Assembly (NCBI GenBank): GCA_910578645.1
Contig: CAJTQI010000009.1
Span: 32,578 to 96,577 of the forward strand
Length of the DNA stretch: 64,000 nucleotides
Source: an uncultured Lachnospiraceae bacterium
GTDB taxonomy: Bacteria; Bacillota; Clostridia; Lachnospirales; Lachnospiraceae
Reading direction: 5' to 3'
Shown: in pieces, positions 47,298 through 57,938 of the stretch
How positions within the stretch are numbered: the first letter of the stretch is position 1
Layout of the letters: the number at the start of each line of letters is the position of its first letter
Position numbers and translations under genes: made by a program
The notes under the pieces: model-generated
The model's database searches: none
What the model saw: only the letters and a program-made list of their open reading frames with translations
Told to the model about the DNA's origin: nothing

Positions 47298-47798
47298 ATG
47301 AGAAAGGGCATGATTCATATTTATACCGGGGAAGGTCATGGTAAGTCCCCGGCGGCACTTGGCAAGGCGGTACAGACGGCATGCAGAGGTGAGTATGTCG
47401 TTATCATCCAGTTCTTGAAAGGAAGAGGCTTGTCGGATTCGGAGTTTGTTAAGCGTTTGGAACCGGAGATTAAGTTGTTCCGCTTCGAGAAATCCATTGG
47501 AGACTTCAGAAGCCTATCCGATGAACGCAAGACGGAAGAATGCCAGAATATCAGAAACGGCTTGAATTTTGCCAAGAAAGTGATGAATACAGGAGAATGT
47601 TCCCTGTTGATTCTGGACGAGGTGTTGGGGCTGATTGAGAACGGTATTATTACGGTGGAAGAACTTAAGACATTACTTGCGTCGAAACCGGAGGACATGG
47701 ATATCATCATGACGGGAAGCTTTATGGATGACGATGTGTGCATCCTGGCAGACGAGGTGACGAGGGTGGAGACGATGCAGTTTAGGATATGGGAATAA
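47298..47798 (+). CDS. Cob(I)yrinic acid a,c-diamide adenosyltransferase (CobA/BtuR family)
   Basis: IYTGEGHGKS.AALG, IQFLKG, LILDE, TG; start moved to ATG 47298. Confidence 0.85.
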   Translation: MRKGMIHIYTGEGHGKSPAALGKAVQTACRGEYVVIIQFLKGRGLSDSEFVKRLEPEIKLFRFEKSIGDFRSLSDERKTEECQNIRNGLNFAKKVMNTGECSLLILDEVLGLIENGIITVEELKTLLASKPEDMDIIMTGSFMDDDVCILADEVTRVETMQFRIWE

Positions 47799-47962
47799 TA
47801 CGGTATACGACGGGCATGTTGCGGGGGATTTCATCACATGCAGCAGAGGTTTTGTTGGTATTTTGTATACATTGGAAAAGGCACGGAGCACTGCCTGGGT
47901 TAGTGAATCGTATTGACAGACTGGCAGTATGGTGTTAAGATAAATTAATCTAAAATGAAGAT

Positions 47963-48126
47963 TGATAGAGGTTGCGTTTTTCATGAGTAGGGGTTTGGAT
48001 GTGGCAGGCACAGGCGAAGAATTCCGGAAGGGGAAGACGCCGAAAGGGAAGATTGTCTGTAGATTTTCACCTTGGGCATGCAGTTAAGAGCTGTATGACT
48101 GTCATCGAGTCGATGGGGCGCTATCA
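47963..48126 (+). ncRNA. Lysine riboswitch
   Basis: TGATAGAGGTTGCG..ATGAGTA..GAAGG..CGCCGAA..TTGGGC..ACTGTC..GGGGCGCTATCA core; promoter TTGACA-17-TAAGAT at 47913-47941; terminator 48141-48170; upstream of dapA. Confidence 0.92.
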
Positions 48127-48250
48127 GGTAGGTTTGGAGTTAAAGCTGACCCTGTGCGGTCAGCTTTTTATGTGCGCAGGACGCGTAAGCAAAGATTGCT
48201 TTCACAGTGCGTGCTGCGTGTAACGAGTAGTGGAGAAAGGCAGGGATTGT

Positions 48251-49135
48251 ATGGCAATTTTTAAAGGAGCGGGCGTGGCAATTGTCACACCATTTCATGA
48301 GGACGGAAGCACCAATTATGAGAAATTTGAGGAGCTTTTGGAGGAGCAGATTGCAGGCGGTACGGATGCGATTATTGTATGCGGGACTACAGGAGAGGCA
48401 TCTACACTGACCCACGAAGAGCATCTGGATTTAATCAGGTTCTGCGCCGAGAAGGTGCACGGCAGAGTACCCGTGGTGGCGGGTACAGGTTCCAACTGCA
48501 CGAAGACAGCGGTATACTTATCCACGGAAGCAGAGAAGTACGGCGTGGACGGTCTATTGTTAGTGACGCCTTATTATAATAAAGCGACACAGAAAGGGCT
48601 GTTTGAACATTTTAAGCAGGTTGCAGATGCGGTGAAGCTGCCGGTTATTCTCTATAATGTGCCGGGCAGGACAGGATGCAATATCCAGCCCGAGACGGTG
48701 GTGAAGCTGTGTACGCAGGTGAGCAATATTGTGGGAATCAAGGAGGCAAGCGGTAATCTTTCACAGGTGGTCAGGCTGATGGCTCTGGCGGGCAATAAGA
48801 TTGACTTGTATTCCGGCAATGATGACCAGGTTGTGCCGCTTCTGTCATTGGGTGGCAAGGGCGTCATCTCCGTCGCATCCAATGTGGCGCCGCGGCAGAT
48901 GCACGACATATGCCAGAAGTTTTTTGACGGGGATGTGGAAGGCAGCATGAAAGAGCAGCTTCGCGCCATTGAACTGTGCGACGCACTGTTTTGCGAGGTG
49001 AATCCGATTCCGGTGAAGACTGCCATGAATTTGATGGGCAAGAATGTTGGCCCGTTACATATGCCCTTGTCAGAGATGGAGCCGAAGAATGTGGAGAAGT
49101 TGAAGAACGCCCTGCACAATTACGGGCTTTTGTAG
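48251..49135 (+). CDS. dapA: 4-hydroxy-tetrahydrodipicolinate synthase
   Basis: GTTGE, TPYYNK, YNVPGRT, IKEAS, SGND, NPIPVK. Confidence 0.96.
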   Translation: MAIFKGAGVAIVTPFHEDGSTNYEKFEELLEEQIAGGTDAIIVCGTTGEASTLTHEEHLDLIRFCAEKVHGRVPVVAGTGSNCTKTAVYLSTEAEKYGVDGLLLVTPYYNKATQKGLFEHFKQVADAVKLPVILYNVPGRTGCNIQPETVVKLCTQVSNIVGIKEASGNLSQVVRLMALAGNKIDLYSGNDDQVVPLLSLGGKGVISVASNVAPRQMHDICQKFFDGDVEGSMKEQLRAIELCDALFCEVNPIPVKTAMNLMGKNVGPLHMPLSEMEPKNVEKLKNALHNYGLL

Positions 49136-49286
49136 AAATCATAATAGGAGTGTCTGTCGCCGGTGGGTATATGTGTGGCAGGCACTTTTGTGTTATTTTT
49201 TATGAGAATGTAAGCGAATATTTTCTGATAAGGCAACAGATAAAAAATTGAAATCGGCAAGTTGAGAAGGGAGTAAGATTATCAAT

Positions 49287-50057
49287 ATGACAAAAGTGAT
49301 TATGCATGGCTGCAACGGTAAGATGGGACAGACTATCTCCGGGTTAATTGCGGCGGACGAAGGAATAGAGATTGTGGCAGGTGTGGACGCCTACGACGAG
49401 GGAAAAAATGCTTACCCGGTATTTCAAACAATCGGAGAGTGCAGCGTGGAGGCGGATGCGGTCATAGATTTCAGCGCTGCCCAGGCGGTGGACGGACTGC
49501 TTGCATACTGTGTGGAAAGACAGGTGCCTTGCGTGTTATGTACGACAGGGTTATCGCAAGAGCAGCTCGATAAAGTGCAGGAGGCGTCAGGAAAAGTGGC
49601 CATCCTGAAATCGGCAAATATGTCCCTTGGCATCAATATGTTGTTTAGGCTGTTGAAAGAGGCGGCAGGCATTCTTGCCCCGGCAGGGTTTGACATCGAG
49701 ATTGTGGAGAAGCATCATAATCTGAAAGTGGATGCGCCCAGCGGAACGGCTCTTGCTTTGGCAGATTCCATAAATGAAGAGATGGGGGATGCATATGACT
49801 ATATTTATGACAGGAGCCAGGTGAGGGAGAAGAGGAAGGAGAAGGAAATCGGCATCAGCGCGGTCAGAGGCGGGACCATTGTGGGGGACCACGATGTGAT
49901 TTTTGCAGGCGCGGACGAAGTGGTGACTTTCTCCCATCGGGCGTATTCCAAGGCGGTGTTTGGCAAGGGCGCCGTCCAGGCAGCTAAATTTCTGGCTGGC
50001 AAGCCGGCGGGCATGTATGATATGGGTGATGTAATCGCGCAGGAGGCCGAAAAGTAG
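49287..50057 (+). CDS. dapB: 4-hydroxy-tetrahydrodipicolinate reductase
   Basis: G..GKMG, IDFS, EKHHNLKVDAPSGTA, VRGG.IVG.H. Confidence 0.96.
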   Translation: MTKVIMHGCNGKMGQTISGLIAADEGIEIVAGVDAYDEGKNAYPVFQTIGECSVEADAVIDFSAAQAVDGLLAYCVERQVPCVLCTTGLSQEQLDKVQEASGKVAILKSANMSLGINMLFRLLKEAAGILAPAGFDIEIVEKHHNLKVDAPSGTALALADSINEEMGDAYDYIYDRSQVREKRKEKEIGISAVRGGTIVGDHDVIFAGADEVVTFSHRAYSKAVFGKGAVQAAKFLAGKPAGMYDMGDVIAQEAEK

Positions 50058-50097
50058 TAATAACTTTACCATTATGGTAGTGTATACGGAGGAATGG

Positions 50098-52056
50098 ATG
50101 GACGGATTAGAGTTAAAATATTTAAAAAGTTTGGCGAAGCAGTACCCTACAATTGCGGCGGCGTCTACCGAAATTATTAACTTACAGGCGATTCTGAATT
50201 TGCCCAAAGGAACGGAACATTTTATGACGGATATCCATGGAGAGTATGAGCAGTTTAATCATATTTTGAAGAATGGTTCCGGTTCCGTACGGCGTAAGAT
50301 TGATGAGGAATTTGGAAACACATTGAGCATCAGGGATAAAAAGAGCCTGGCGACATTGGTTTACTATCCGAGGGAGAAGTTGGATTTGGTGCTGCGGGAG
50401 GAAGACGAAAGCTCTATCGAGGACTGGTACAAGATAACCCTGCACAGGCTTGTACAGATTACAAAAAGAGTTTCCTCGAAGTACACACGTTCCAAAGTAC
50501 GCAAGGCGCTGCCCCAGGATTTTTCTTATATCATCGAGGAGCTGATTACGGAAAAAGCGGAAGTACAGGATAAAGAGGCATATTACAATGAGATTATCCA
50601 TACCATTATCCGCATCGGCAGGGCGCAGGAATTTATTATTGCCCTAAGCTATCTCATTCAACGGCTTGTAATCGACCATCTTCATATTGTCGGGGATATC
50701 TACGACAGGGGGCCGGGCCCCCATGTGATTATGGATACGCTGTGCAGTTACCATTCCGTGGACGTGCAGTGGGGGAATCATGATATTGTCTGGATGGGCG
50801 CGGCGAGCGGGCATCTGGCATGTATTGCCAATGTCATCAGGATGGCGGCAAGATATGGCAATCTGGACACTTTGGAGGAAGGGTATGGCATTAACCTGAT
50901 TCCCCTTGCGACTTTTGCTCTGGATACATATAAAGATACAGACTGTAGCGCTTTTGCAATTAAATATAATACCGACTATGACACGAAAGATTTAAGCCTT
51001 GATATGAAGATGCATAAGGCAATCGCGATTCTGCAGTTTAAGCTGGAAGGCCAGCTTATTATGCGCAGGCCGGAATTTGCCATGCAGGACAGGCTGTTGC
51101 TTGACAAGATAGATTATGAGAATAAGTCTTTGGTGGTGGACGGTGTTTCCTACCCCATGAAGGATGTGGATTTTCCTACGGTAAATCGTGACAGGCCATA
51201 CGAATTGACGGTGGAAGAAGAACAGGTCATGGAGCGTCTCAGACAGGGATTCATCAAGTGCGAGAAGCTGCAGAAGCATGTCAGGTTTCTCTTTTCCAAG
51301 GGCGGCCTGTATAAAGTATATAATTCTAACTTGCTCTATCACGGATGTGTGCCCATGGATGACAAAGGCAATTTCAGTAAAGTAAATGTATATGGTGAAG
51401 AGTACAGCGGCAAGGAGCTGTATGACGTGCTGGAGCATTATGCGAGGAAAGGTTACTATGCGGATAATAATCTGAAAGAGAAACTAAAAGGACAGGATAT
51501 TATCTGGTATATCTGGGAGGGCCCCAATTCCCCGGTGTTTGGCAAGGATAAGATGGCCACCTTCGAGCGCTATTTTTTGGATGACAAACAGATGCAGAAA
51601 GAGACAAAAAATGCGTATTATAAGCTTTTGGATAATGAGGTGGTGATTGAAAAAATCTTATGGGAGTTTGGGCTGGATGAAACCCATTCCCATATTGTCA
51701 ACGGGCATGTGCCGGTGGAGCGCAAGAAAGGAGAGTCTCCGATTAAGTGCGGCGGCAAGCTGCTTGTTATTGACGGCGGCTTTTCTAAAGCTTACCAGGA
51801 TAAGACGGGAATCGCAGGATATACGCTGGTGGTAAATTCCCACGGTATGCGCCTGGTTGCCCATGAGCCTTTTGAATCTACGGAAGCGGCAATCCTCCAC
51901 GAGTCGGATATTTTTTCGGATTCCATCATTCTGGAGACGAGCAGTATGCGCCAGAAGATATCGGATACCGATATCGGTGCGGAATTGCGTGAGAGCATTC
52001 ATCAACTTGAAGATTTGCTGCAAGCTTACCGTGACGGCACCATTATTGAGAAGTAA
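50098..52056 (+). CDS. fbp: Fructose-1,6-bisphosphatase class 3
   Basis: LPKGTEHF.TDIHGEY, GDIYDRGP, QWGNHD, NGHVP, IDGGFSKAYQ. Confidence 0.95.
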   Translation: MDGLELKYLKSLAKQYPTIAAASTEIINLQAILNLPKGTEHFMTDIHGEYEQFNHILKNGSGSVRRKIDEEFGNTLSIRDKKSLATLVYYPREKLDLVLREEDESSIEDWYKITLHRLVQITKRVSSKYTRSKVRKALPQDFSYIIEELITEKAEVQDKEAYYNEIIHTIIRIGRAQEFIIALSYLIQRLVIDHLHIVGDIYDRGPGPHVIMDTLCSYHSVDVQWGNHDIVWMGAASGHLACIANVIRMAARYGNLDTLEEGYGINLIPLATFALDTYKDTDCSAFAIKYNTDYDTKDLSLDMKMHKAIAILQFKLEGQLIMRRPEFAMQDRLLLDKIDYENKSLVVDGVSYPMKDVDFPTVNRDRPYELTVEEEQVMERLRQGFIKCEKLQKHVRFLFSKGGLYKVYNSNLLYHGCVPMDDKGNFSKVNVYGEEYSGKELYDVLEHYARKGYYADNNLKEKLKGQDIIWYIWEGPNSPVFGKDKMATFERYFLDDKQMQKETKNAYYKLLDNEVVIEKILWEFGLDETHSHIVNGHVPVERKKGESPIKCGGKLLVIDGGFSKAYQDKTGIAGYTLVVNSHGMRLVAHEPFESTEAAILHESDIFSDSIILETSSMRQKISDTDIGAELRESIHQLEDLLQAYRDGTIIEK

Positions 52057-52069
52057 ACAGGAAAGAAGA

Positions 52070-52110
52070 ATGAAATCCGCCCCTGATATTTGAGGGACGG
52101 ATTTCTTATT
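52070..52110. terminator. Bidirectional terminator
   Basis: GAAATCCGCCCCT..AGGGACGGATTTC between convergent genes. Confidence 0.6.
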
Positions 52111-52119
52111 GAATATAAG

Positions 52120-52686
52120 CTATCTTCTTCCTGTTGTACCACGTGTGGACATGTTGGAGCCGGTGGCAGCGTTGTTTCCGGTTGTATTGTTGGAACCGGT
52201 TACATCGTCTACCATATTTTCCACGCCGTCGGCAGCGTCGTCAATCACGTCGGCAGCCGCATTCCCGGCATCGCCTACCGCGTCACCGACATTGTCAAGC
52301 ATGGAATCATTGTCGTCCATGTCTCCGGCGGTTACGTCGTTGACATTTTCATTATCGTCCATGCCATTGGTGTCGGTACCGTCTGTTGTGTCGGTACCGT
52401 CTGTTGTGTCGGTACCGTTTGTTGTGCCGGTTCCTGTTGTTGTGTTGCCTGTTGTTCCGTTTGTATCGGTGTCTCCGGCCGTAGTGCCATCCGTGATATT
52501 CTGGGATGTGCCCGCACCGCCATTTGTACCTGCATTGTCAGTGTTGGTATCATTGTTCGTGTTGGATTCTCCGGCGGTCGTGTTATTGTTGCCGTTGTCT
52601 GTTCCGTTGTTTCTGCCGCAGGCGGCTAACATGGACATGGTTAGCGCCATGAGAGAAACAAGTAACAATGTTCTTATCTTTTTCAT
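52120..52686 (-). CDS. Low-complexity T/N/D/G-rich lipoprotein
   Basis: GGAGGAG RBS, lipobox LAAC, 18-bp tandem repeats (TDGTDT). Confidence 0.75.
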   Translation of the reverse strand: MKKIRTLLLVSLMALTMSMLAACGRNNGTDNGNNNTTAGESNTNNDTNTDNAGTNGGAGTSQNITDGTTAGDTDTNGTTGNTTTGTGTTNGTDTTDGTDTTDGTDTNGMDDNENVNDVTAGDMDDNDSMLDNVGDAVGDAGNAAADVIDDAADGVENMVDDVTGSNNTTGNNAATGSNMSTRGTTGRR

Positions 52687-52952
52687 ATTCTCCTCCATTC
52701 CGAAGCGTTTGTATGGGAGCCGGATATTTTGTGTGCCGGCGTTTTGGTTTACCGGCTTAGTGTTTGACGGCTCCTATGGGAATCTGCGACGCTTCACTGC
52801 AAATTCCCGGATGACAGAATGTTTTTGTATAAAAACACCTGCTTCTATGTTATTATGTCTGATAGAAAATAAAATATGCACATCTATATTAGGGAATATT
52901 GAGGTGCAATTTCGACAAATTAAAATAATAAAGCACAGAATTGGAGAAGAAT

Positions 52953-53735
52953 ATGGAATTTCGTCCTTGCATTGATATCCACAACGGAAGTGTGAAACAG
53001 ATTGTAGGCGGCAGCCTGCGGGACTATGGCGATAAGGCGCAGGAGAATTATGTGTCTGCCCAGGATGCGGCTTTTTATGCCAGGATGTACCAGGAGTATG
53101 GAATAAAGGGAGGACACATTATATTGTTAAACCCTGCCTCTTCACCTTATTATGAGAAAACGAAAGAGCAGGCGCTTGCTGCACTTAAGGCTTATCCCGG
53201 CGGCATGCAGGCAGGAGGCGGCATCACACCGGAGAATGCCGGAGAATATTTAAACGCCGGGGCGAGCCATGTCATTGTGACTTCCTATGTCTTCCATGAT
53301 GGCAGGCTTGAGTATGAACGCCTGGAGAATCTGGTTCATGAGGTGGGAAAGAAAAATTTGGTGTTGGATTTGAGTGCAAGAAAAAAAGATGGGCGTTACT
53401 TTATTGTAACCGACAGATGGCAGAAGTATACCAGGACAGAGCTGAATAAGAACACGCTAGACGAATTATCTTCTTATTGCGATGAATTTCTCGTCCATGC
53501 GGTGGATGTGGAAGGCAAAGCGGACGGTATAGAAGAAGAGCTGGCAAGCCTGCTTGGCGGCTGGGGCAAGATTCCTGTGACTTATGCAGGCGGTGTGCAT
53601 AGTTTTGATGATTTGCGGTTATTGAAGAAGCTTGGGAAAGATAAAGTGCATGTGACGGTGGGCAGTGCACTGGATTTGTTCGGTGGCAGCATGGAGTTTG
53701 AAAAGGTGTTGTACCTATGCCGTGCGGAAAGATGA
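52953..53735 (+). CDS. hisA: Phosphoribosylformimino-5-aminoimidazole carboxamide ribotide isomerase (HIS6/eukaryotic type)
   Basis: FRPCIDIH.G.VKQIVGG, HVIVTSY, EFLVHAVDVEG, TVGSALDLFGG. Confidence 0.9.
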   Translation: MEFRPCIDIHNGSVKQIVGGSLRDYGDKAQENYVSAQDAAFYARMYQEYGIKGGHIILLNPASSPYYEKTKEQALAALKAYPGGMQAGGGITPENAGEYLNAGASHVIVTSYVFHDGRLEYERLENLVHEVGKKNLVLDLSARKKDGRYFIVTDRWQKYTRTELNKNTLDELSSYCDEFLVHAVDVEGKADGIEEELASLLGGWGKIPVTYAGGVHSFDDLRLLKKLGKDKVHVTVGSALDLFGGSMEFEKVLYLCRAER

Positions 53736-53809
53736 TAGTAATTTGTATCTTATGGTATTAATATAAGGAAGATATCCGGTGTGTCGGCCAGATGAATTTC
53801 TTCCATAAA

Positions 53810-53835
53810 AAAAACCTGTCTCATGACAGGTTTTC
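53810..53835. terminator. Terminator between hisA and csp
   Basis: AAAACCTGTC-TCAT-GACAGGTTTT. Confidence 0.7.
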
Positions 53836-53938
53836 TCTAATCCGTTATAACAATAGCTAATTCTAAATAAAATTTGTCATTTATATTTAAGAACAGGCAC
53901 ATCGTAATAGTGATTATGATATTATAAGACCGATGGTC

Positions 53939-54139
53939 TTATAACTTGGTAACGTTTACGGCCTGAGGACCTTTTTCGCCATTAACTACTTCATACTCAA
54001 CAGCAGCGCCTTCCTCGAGAGATTTGAAGCCCTCCATGTTGAGCCCTGAATAATGAACGAAAACGTCGTTACCCTGCTCATCAGAGATGAAGCCGTAACC
54101 TTTTTGGTTGTTAAACCATTTAACTGTACCTTTGTTCAT
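53939..54139 (-). CDS. cspA: Cold-shock protein
   Basis: GTVKWFN, KGYGFI (RNP1), VFVH (RNP2), GPQA; GGAGG RBS. Confidence 0.93.
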   Translation of the reverse strand: MNKGTVKWFNNQKGYGFISDEQGNDVFVHYSGLNMEGFKSLEEGAAVEYEVVNGEKGPQAVNVTKL

Positions 54140-54416
54140 CGTACATACCTCCAAAAAATTATAGATAAGTTGAATGTCAACATCCATAGGATAGCACATG
54201 TCTTACTAAATGTAAAGCATTGTTTTATATTTCGTAGCCGTTTTTACAGCATTTTTTACAGTAATTTAAGTAAAAACATGCACATTGTCCATTTTCATAA
54301 TCTGGTCATATTGAGACATGTCCATTATGTAAACAGAGATTGTCATTCCGGGCCACCTATGATACAATAAAGAACATCAATATGTAGTATACGGAACATA
54401 CTGGAGGTGATTTTGG

Positions 54417-55130
54417 TTGAAAGAAGCGGAAGAGGGCAAGATAAGTAATCATATATTGATGTCTGGAACCGACACTGGGAGAGGGATATTCCAACAGATA
54501 GGGAAAGGCTCTGCACTGGCAGGAGCGGGTGCGGTGGCAGTGGCAGCAGTCATCGTAATTCTTGCGGTGGTCAGTTACCAGGAAAAGAAAAAGATTGAAG
54601 CCCTGGAAGCGGAAGTGGAGAGTCAGAAAAAAGAAATTGAAAAGCTGACAGAAGAAAATACCGATTTGGTTTCTCTTAGGGAGGAACTGACGGATAAAGT
54701 TATGATACTCAGCGATACAATTAATCAGAAAGTAGAGGAAGAAGAGGCGGAGGAACAGGAGAAGGCGCAGGCGCATATGCCTGTCGGTTTTCCTATGTCT
54801 TCGTCCGCATCTTTGGAGGAAGCCGGGGGAGATACGCCGATGGTCAAGTTAAACGGCGGGGCGGGCACCAGTATTATTGCCTCTGCGGATGGTACGGTGG
54901 TTTCGATTACCACGGACAGTACTTATATCCATTGCATCAAAGTCGACCATGGGAACGGATATCATAGTATTTACCGGAATGATGGGGAAGCCATGGTCAA
55001 GGAAGGGGATGCCGTAGTCCGGGGAGCAATCCTTTATGTGATTGGAGAGGAAAATACCGAACTTGGCTATCAGATTACTTATAATGAGAAGTATATTGAC
55101 CCTATGGAATTGATTAACGTAGACGGTTGA
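54417..55130 (+). CDS. Membrane-anchored coiled-coil protein with degenerate M23 peptidase domain
   Basis: TM, coiled coil, ASADG.V, DHGNGY, VKEGD.V.RG, IDP. Confidence 0.75.
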   Translation: MKEAEEGKISNHILMSGTDTGRGIFQQIGKGSALAGAGAVAVAAVIVILAVVSYQEKKKIEALEAEVESQKKEIEKLTEENTDLVSLREELTDKVMILSDTINQKVEEEEAEEQEKAQAHMPVGFPMSSSASLEEAGGDTPMVKLNGGAGTSIIASADGTVVSITTDSTYIHCIKVDHGNGYHSIYRNDGEAMVKEGDAVVRGAILYVIGEENTELGYQITYNEKYIDPMELINVDG

Positions 55131-55239
55131 TGTAAGCGAAGGCTGTTGCAAGATGACGGATTCTTACAATAGGCAGCACAGATATCATATGTATGGGCTG
55201 TATATTGCAGGAGCGTTGTTTTTGCAACAGCTTTGTTTT

Positions 55240-55533
55240 TCATTCTGTATTCCCAAGACGTTCAAATATCATGTCGTAACCGTCATTTCCATAGTTGAGG
55301 GAGCGGTTCACACGGCTGATAGTGGCGGTAGATGCGCCGGTCTTGTCGGCGATTTCCAGATAAGTGTTCTGGTTCCTGAGCATGGACGCTACTTCAAAGC
55401 GTTGGGATAAGGATAACAGTTCATTGACCGTGCACAAGTCTTCAAAGAAGCTGTAACATTCTTCTCTTGTCTTAAGACACAGCACAGCGTCGAATAGATG
55501 GTCTACAGCATCTGTTTTCAGTTTCTTATTCAT
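55240..55533 (-). CDS. YerC/YecD family TrpR-related protein
   Basis: FFEDLCTVNE..QR, TGASTATISRVNRSL.YG. Confidence 0.9.
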   Translation of the reverse strand: MNKKLKTDAVDHLFDAVLCLKTREECYSFFEDLCTVNELLSLSQRFEVASMLRNQNTYLEIADKTGASTATISRVNRSLNYGNDGYDMIFERLGNTE

Positions 55534-55722
55534 AGAGTGCTCCTTCCTGAGGGTACTTTCATACGTTAAAACTTTACTAGCGTTATGTATGAATATAACA
55601 CAGGGGAGAAGGTTTGTAAATGGGTGCAGATAAAACACTTGTCATGTAGTAATAAAAACTATATAATGAAGTATATATATCAGTAAGATGGATTGGCTTT
55701 ATGACATGGAAGGGCGCAGAAG

Positions 55723-56376
55723 ATGACAATCAATACAGAAGATTTGCTTAACAGTATATTGGAAAGCCTGGACAGGATTGAGTATATCAAGGCGGAGGAC
55801 ATACCGGATATTGACTTGTATATGGACCAGGTTACGACGTTTATGGATACCCATTTGAAAAATTCGTCGCGGAATCCCTCGGAAGATAAGATTTTGACAA
55901 AGACAATGATTAATAATTATGCCAAGAATGACTTGATTCCCCCGCCGGTCAGGAAGAAGTATTCCAAGGAACATGTTTTGCTTCTTATTTTTATCTACTA
56001 CTATAAAGGTATTCTGTCTATCAGTGACATACAGGAACTGTTGGCGCCGATTACAAGGCAGTTTTTTGATACGACGGAACAGTTTGACTTGTCGGCCGTC
56101 TACGAAGAGGTGTTTGGTCTGGAGCGGGAACAGGCAGCGTCTTTGAAGACGGATGTGATAGAGAAATTTAAAATTGCCGGACAGACATTTCAGGAGGCAC
56201 CGCAGGAGAGTAAGGAGTTTCTGCAGATGTTTTCTTTTATCTGTATGCTTAGTTTTGACGTTTATGTAAAAAAATTGTTGATTGAGAAGATGATAGACGG
56301 CATCGCGAAGGGAAAAGAGAAGCCTGAGAGGAGAAGGGCAAAAAAGCAGGATACGAACAACCAGTATGATGCCTGA
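55723..56376 (+). CDS. DUF1836 domain protein
   Basis: IPDIDLYMDQV, LTKTMINNY.K, PP..KKY. Confidence 0.85.
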   Translation: MTINTEDLLNSILESLDRIEYIKAEDIPDIDLYMDQVTTFMDTHLKNSSRNPSEDKILTKTMINNYAKNDLIPPPVRKKYSKEHVLLLIFIYYYKGILSISDIQELLAPITRQFFDTTEQFDLSAVYEEVFGLEREQAASLKTDVIEKFKIAGQTFQEAPQESKEFLQMFSFICMLSFDVYVKKLLIEKMIDGIAKGKEKPERRRAKKQDTNNQYDA

Positions 56377-56412
56377 TATAGTAATGGTATTGGAACAGAA
56401 TGGAGTGTTTAA

Positions 56413-56790
56413 ATGGGAGCGGTTCATACAATTTATGATTTATCGGCAAGAGGATTTGACGTTGAGGAAGGAATTGCGGTTTGTGCCGGGGATGAAGAAA
56501 TTTATCTGGAAGTTTTAGAGGCGGCGCTTGATGAAGGCAGAGAGAAAATTCCGTTTATCAGGGAATGTTATGAGAGGAAAGATTTTGAGCGGTATTGCAT
56601 CGAGATGCACGGCCTGAAAAATGCCATGAAGTCTGTAGGCGCCATGGGATTGTCCGAGGCTGCCAGAGAGCAGGAGTTTGCAGTGAAAGAAGATAACTTG
56701 CAGTTGGTGGAAGCGAAAGCGGAGGATATACTTATACAGTACCGTAATGTGGTGGCAGCACTGGAGGAGTTGTTTAGGAATCTTAAGTAG
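56413..56790 (+). CDS. Stand-alone Hpt (phosphotransfer) domain protein
   Basis: HGLKN..KSVGA..LS..A..QE motif. Confidence 0.8.
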   Translation: MGAVHTIYDLSARGFDVEEGIAVCAGDEEIYLEVLEAALDEGREKIPFIRECYERKDFERYCIEMHGLKNAMKSVGAMGLSEAAREQEFAVKEDNLQLVEAKAEDILIQYRNVVAALEELFRNLK

Positions 56791-56819
56791 ACTATGTAAT
56801 AGGCTGATGTCAGGCATTA

Positions 56820-56857
56820 TCGGCGCGGATGTGGGTTTTACTGCATATCCGCGCCGA
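56820..56857. terminator. Hairpin between convergent genes
   Basis: TCGGCGCGGATGTG..CATATCCGCGCCGA. Confidence 0.6.
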
Positions 56858-56918
56858 AGTGTTGTGCAAGTAAGGCCATGGAAAAATAATATTATTTGGC
56901 TGTTCCTATGACTGTATA

Positions 56919-57938
56919 CTAATTTGCCGCGTTCTGCGCATAGGTGGTATCCACCAGTTCTTCGTAAGGCACGCGCCCGTCCAGTTCCCCGGATTCTTCC
57001 AGGATATTCTGCAACAGGTCAAAGCTGTCTTTTTCAAAAATTAGGTCGCCTTTCCATGTATCCTGGGAGGCATACCGGTTTACGATGGTAGTGATGGTAT
57101 CTAAGTCGGTCTCTTCAAACTGAGGGGCAATGATTTGTGCTATCTCTTCCGGTGTGTGGGACTGTACATAGTCCATACCTTTTTGCAGAGCGTTGGTAAA
57201 TGCCTGGATTACTTCGGGATGTTCCTCGATGTAGCTTTTCTTGGCGGAAAACGCGGTGTAAGGCACATAGCCGGAGTCTTCGCCCAGGGATGCCACAACA
57301 TAACCGTCGCCTTTGGATTCAAGGGATGTGGCGTGGGGCTCGAATTCTACGGTAAAATCCCCTTGCCCGCCAGAAAAAGCAGCCGCGGTGGAACCGAAGT
57401 CTATGCTTTGGTCAATTGCAAGGTCAGATGCAGGGTCGATGCTGTTTTTCTTCAGAATATACTCGAAAACCATCTCAGGCATACCGCCGGCCCTGCCGCC
57501 AAGCACATCTTTGCCTTTGAGCATATCCCAACTAAAATTATCAATCGGTTCTCTTGAAACCAGGAAATTTCCGGCACGCTGTGTCAGTTGGGCGAAATTG
57601 ACGGCATAGTCGGAGGCGCCTTCTTTATAGGTATAAATTGTACTTTCGCTGCCCATGAAGCCGATATCTGCCTCGCCGGTTAACAGTGCAGTCATCGTCT
57701 TGTCGGCGCCGAATCCGGTGACAAGAGTTAAATCGATTCCCTCCTTGGCAAAATAGCCTTCTTCAATGGCGACATACATGGGTGCATAGAAAATAGAATG
57801 TGCTACTTCATTTAAAACTACGGGTGTATTCTTGGAAGAGGCCGAAGCGCCGTCTTTCTTTTCGGTAGATTTCCCACAGCCGCCGAGTGTTCCCATGACC
57901 ATGAGTGCCGTAAGCATAAGACATAAAAATTTTTTCAT
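56919..57938 (-). CDS. ABC transporter substrate-binding lipoprotein (NMT1/THI5/SsuA-like)
   Basis: Lipobox LGGC, EVAHSIFYAP.YVA...GYF, GGMP, FEP. Confidence 0.85.
   Translation of the reverse strand: MKKFLCLMLTALMVMGTLGGCGKSTEKKDGASASSKNTPVVLNEVAHSIFYAPMYVAIEEGYFAKEGIDLTLVTGFGADKTMTALLTGEADIGFMGSESTIYTYKEGASDYAVNFAQLTQRAGNFLVSREPIDNFSWDMLKGKDVLGGRAGGMPEMVFEYILKKNSIDPASDLAIDQSIDFGSTAAAFSGGQGDFTVEFEPHATSLESKGDGYVVASLGEDSGYVPYTAFSAKKSYIEEHPEVIQAFTNALQKGMDYVQSHTPEEIAQIIAPQFEETDLDTITTIVNRYASQDTWKGDLIFEKDSFDLLQNILEESGELDGRVPYEELVDTTYAQNAAN

Noticed and set aside
52090..52975. Long + strand ORFs 52090-52629 and 52109-52975
   Set aside because: Antisense shadows of the repetitive lipoprotein gene, which has the RBS and lipobox
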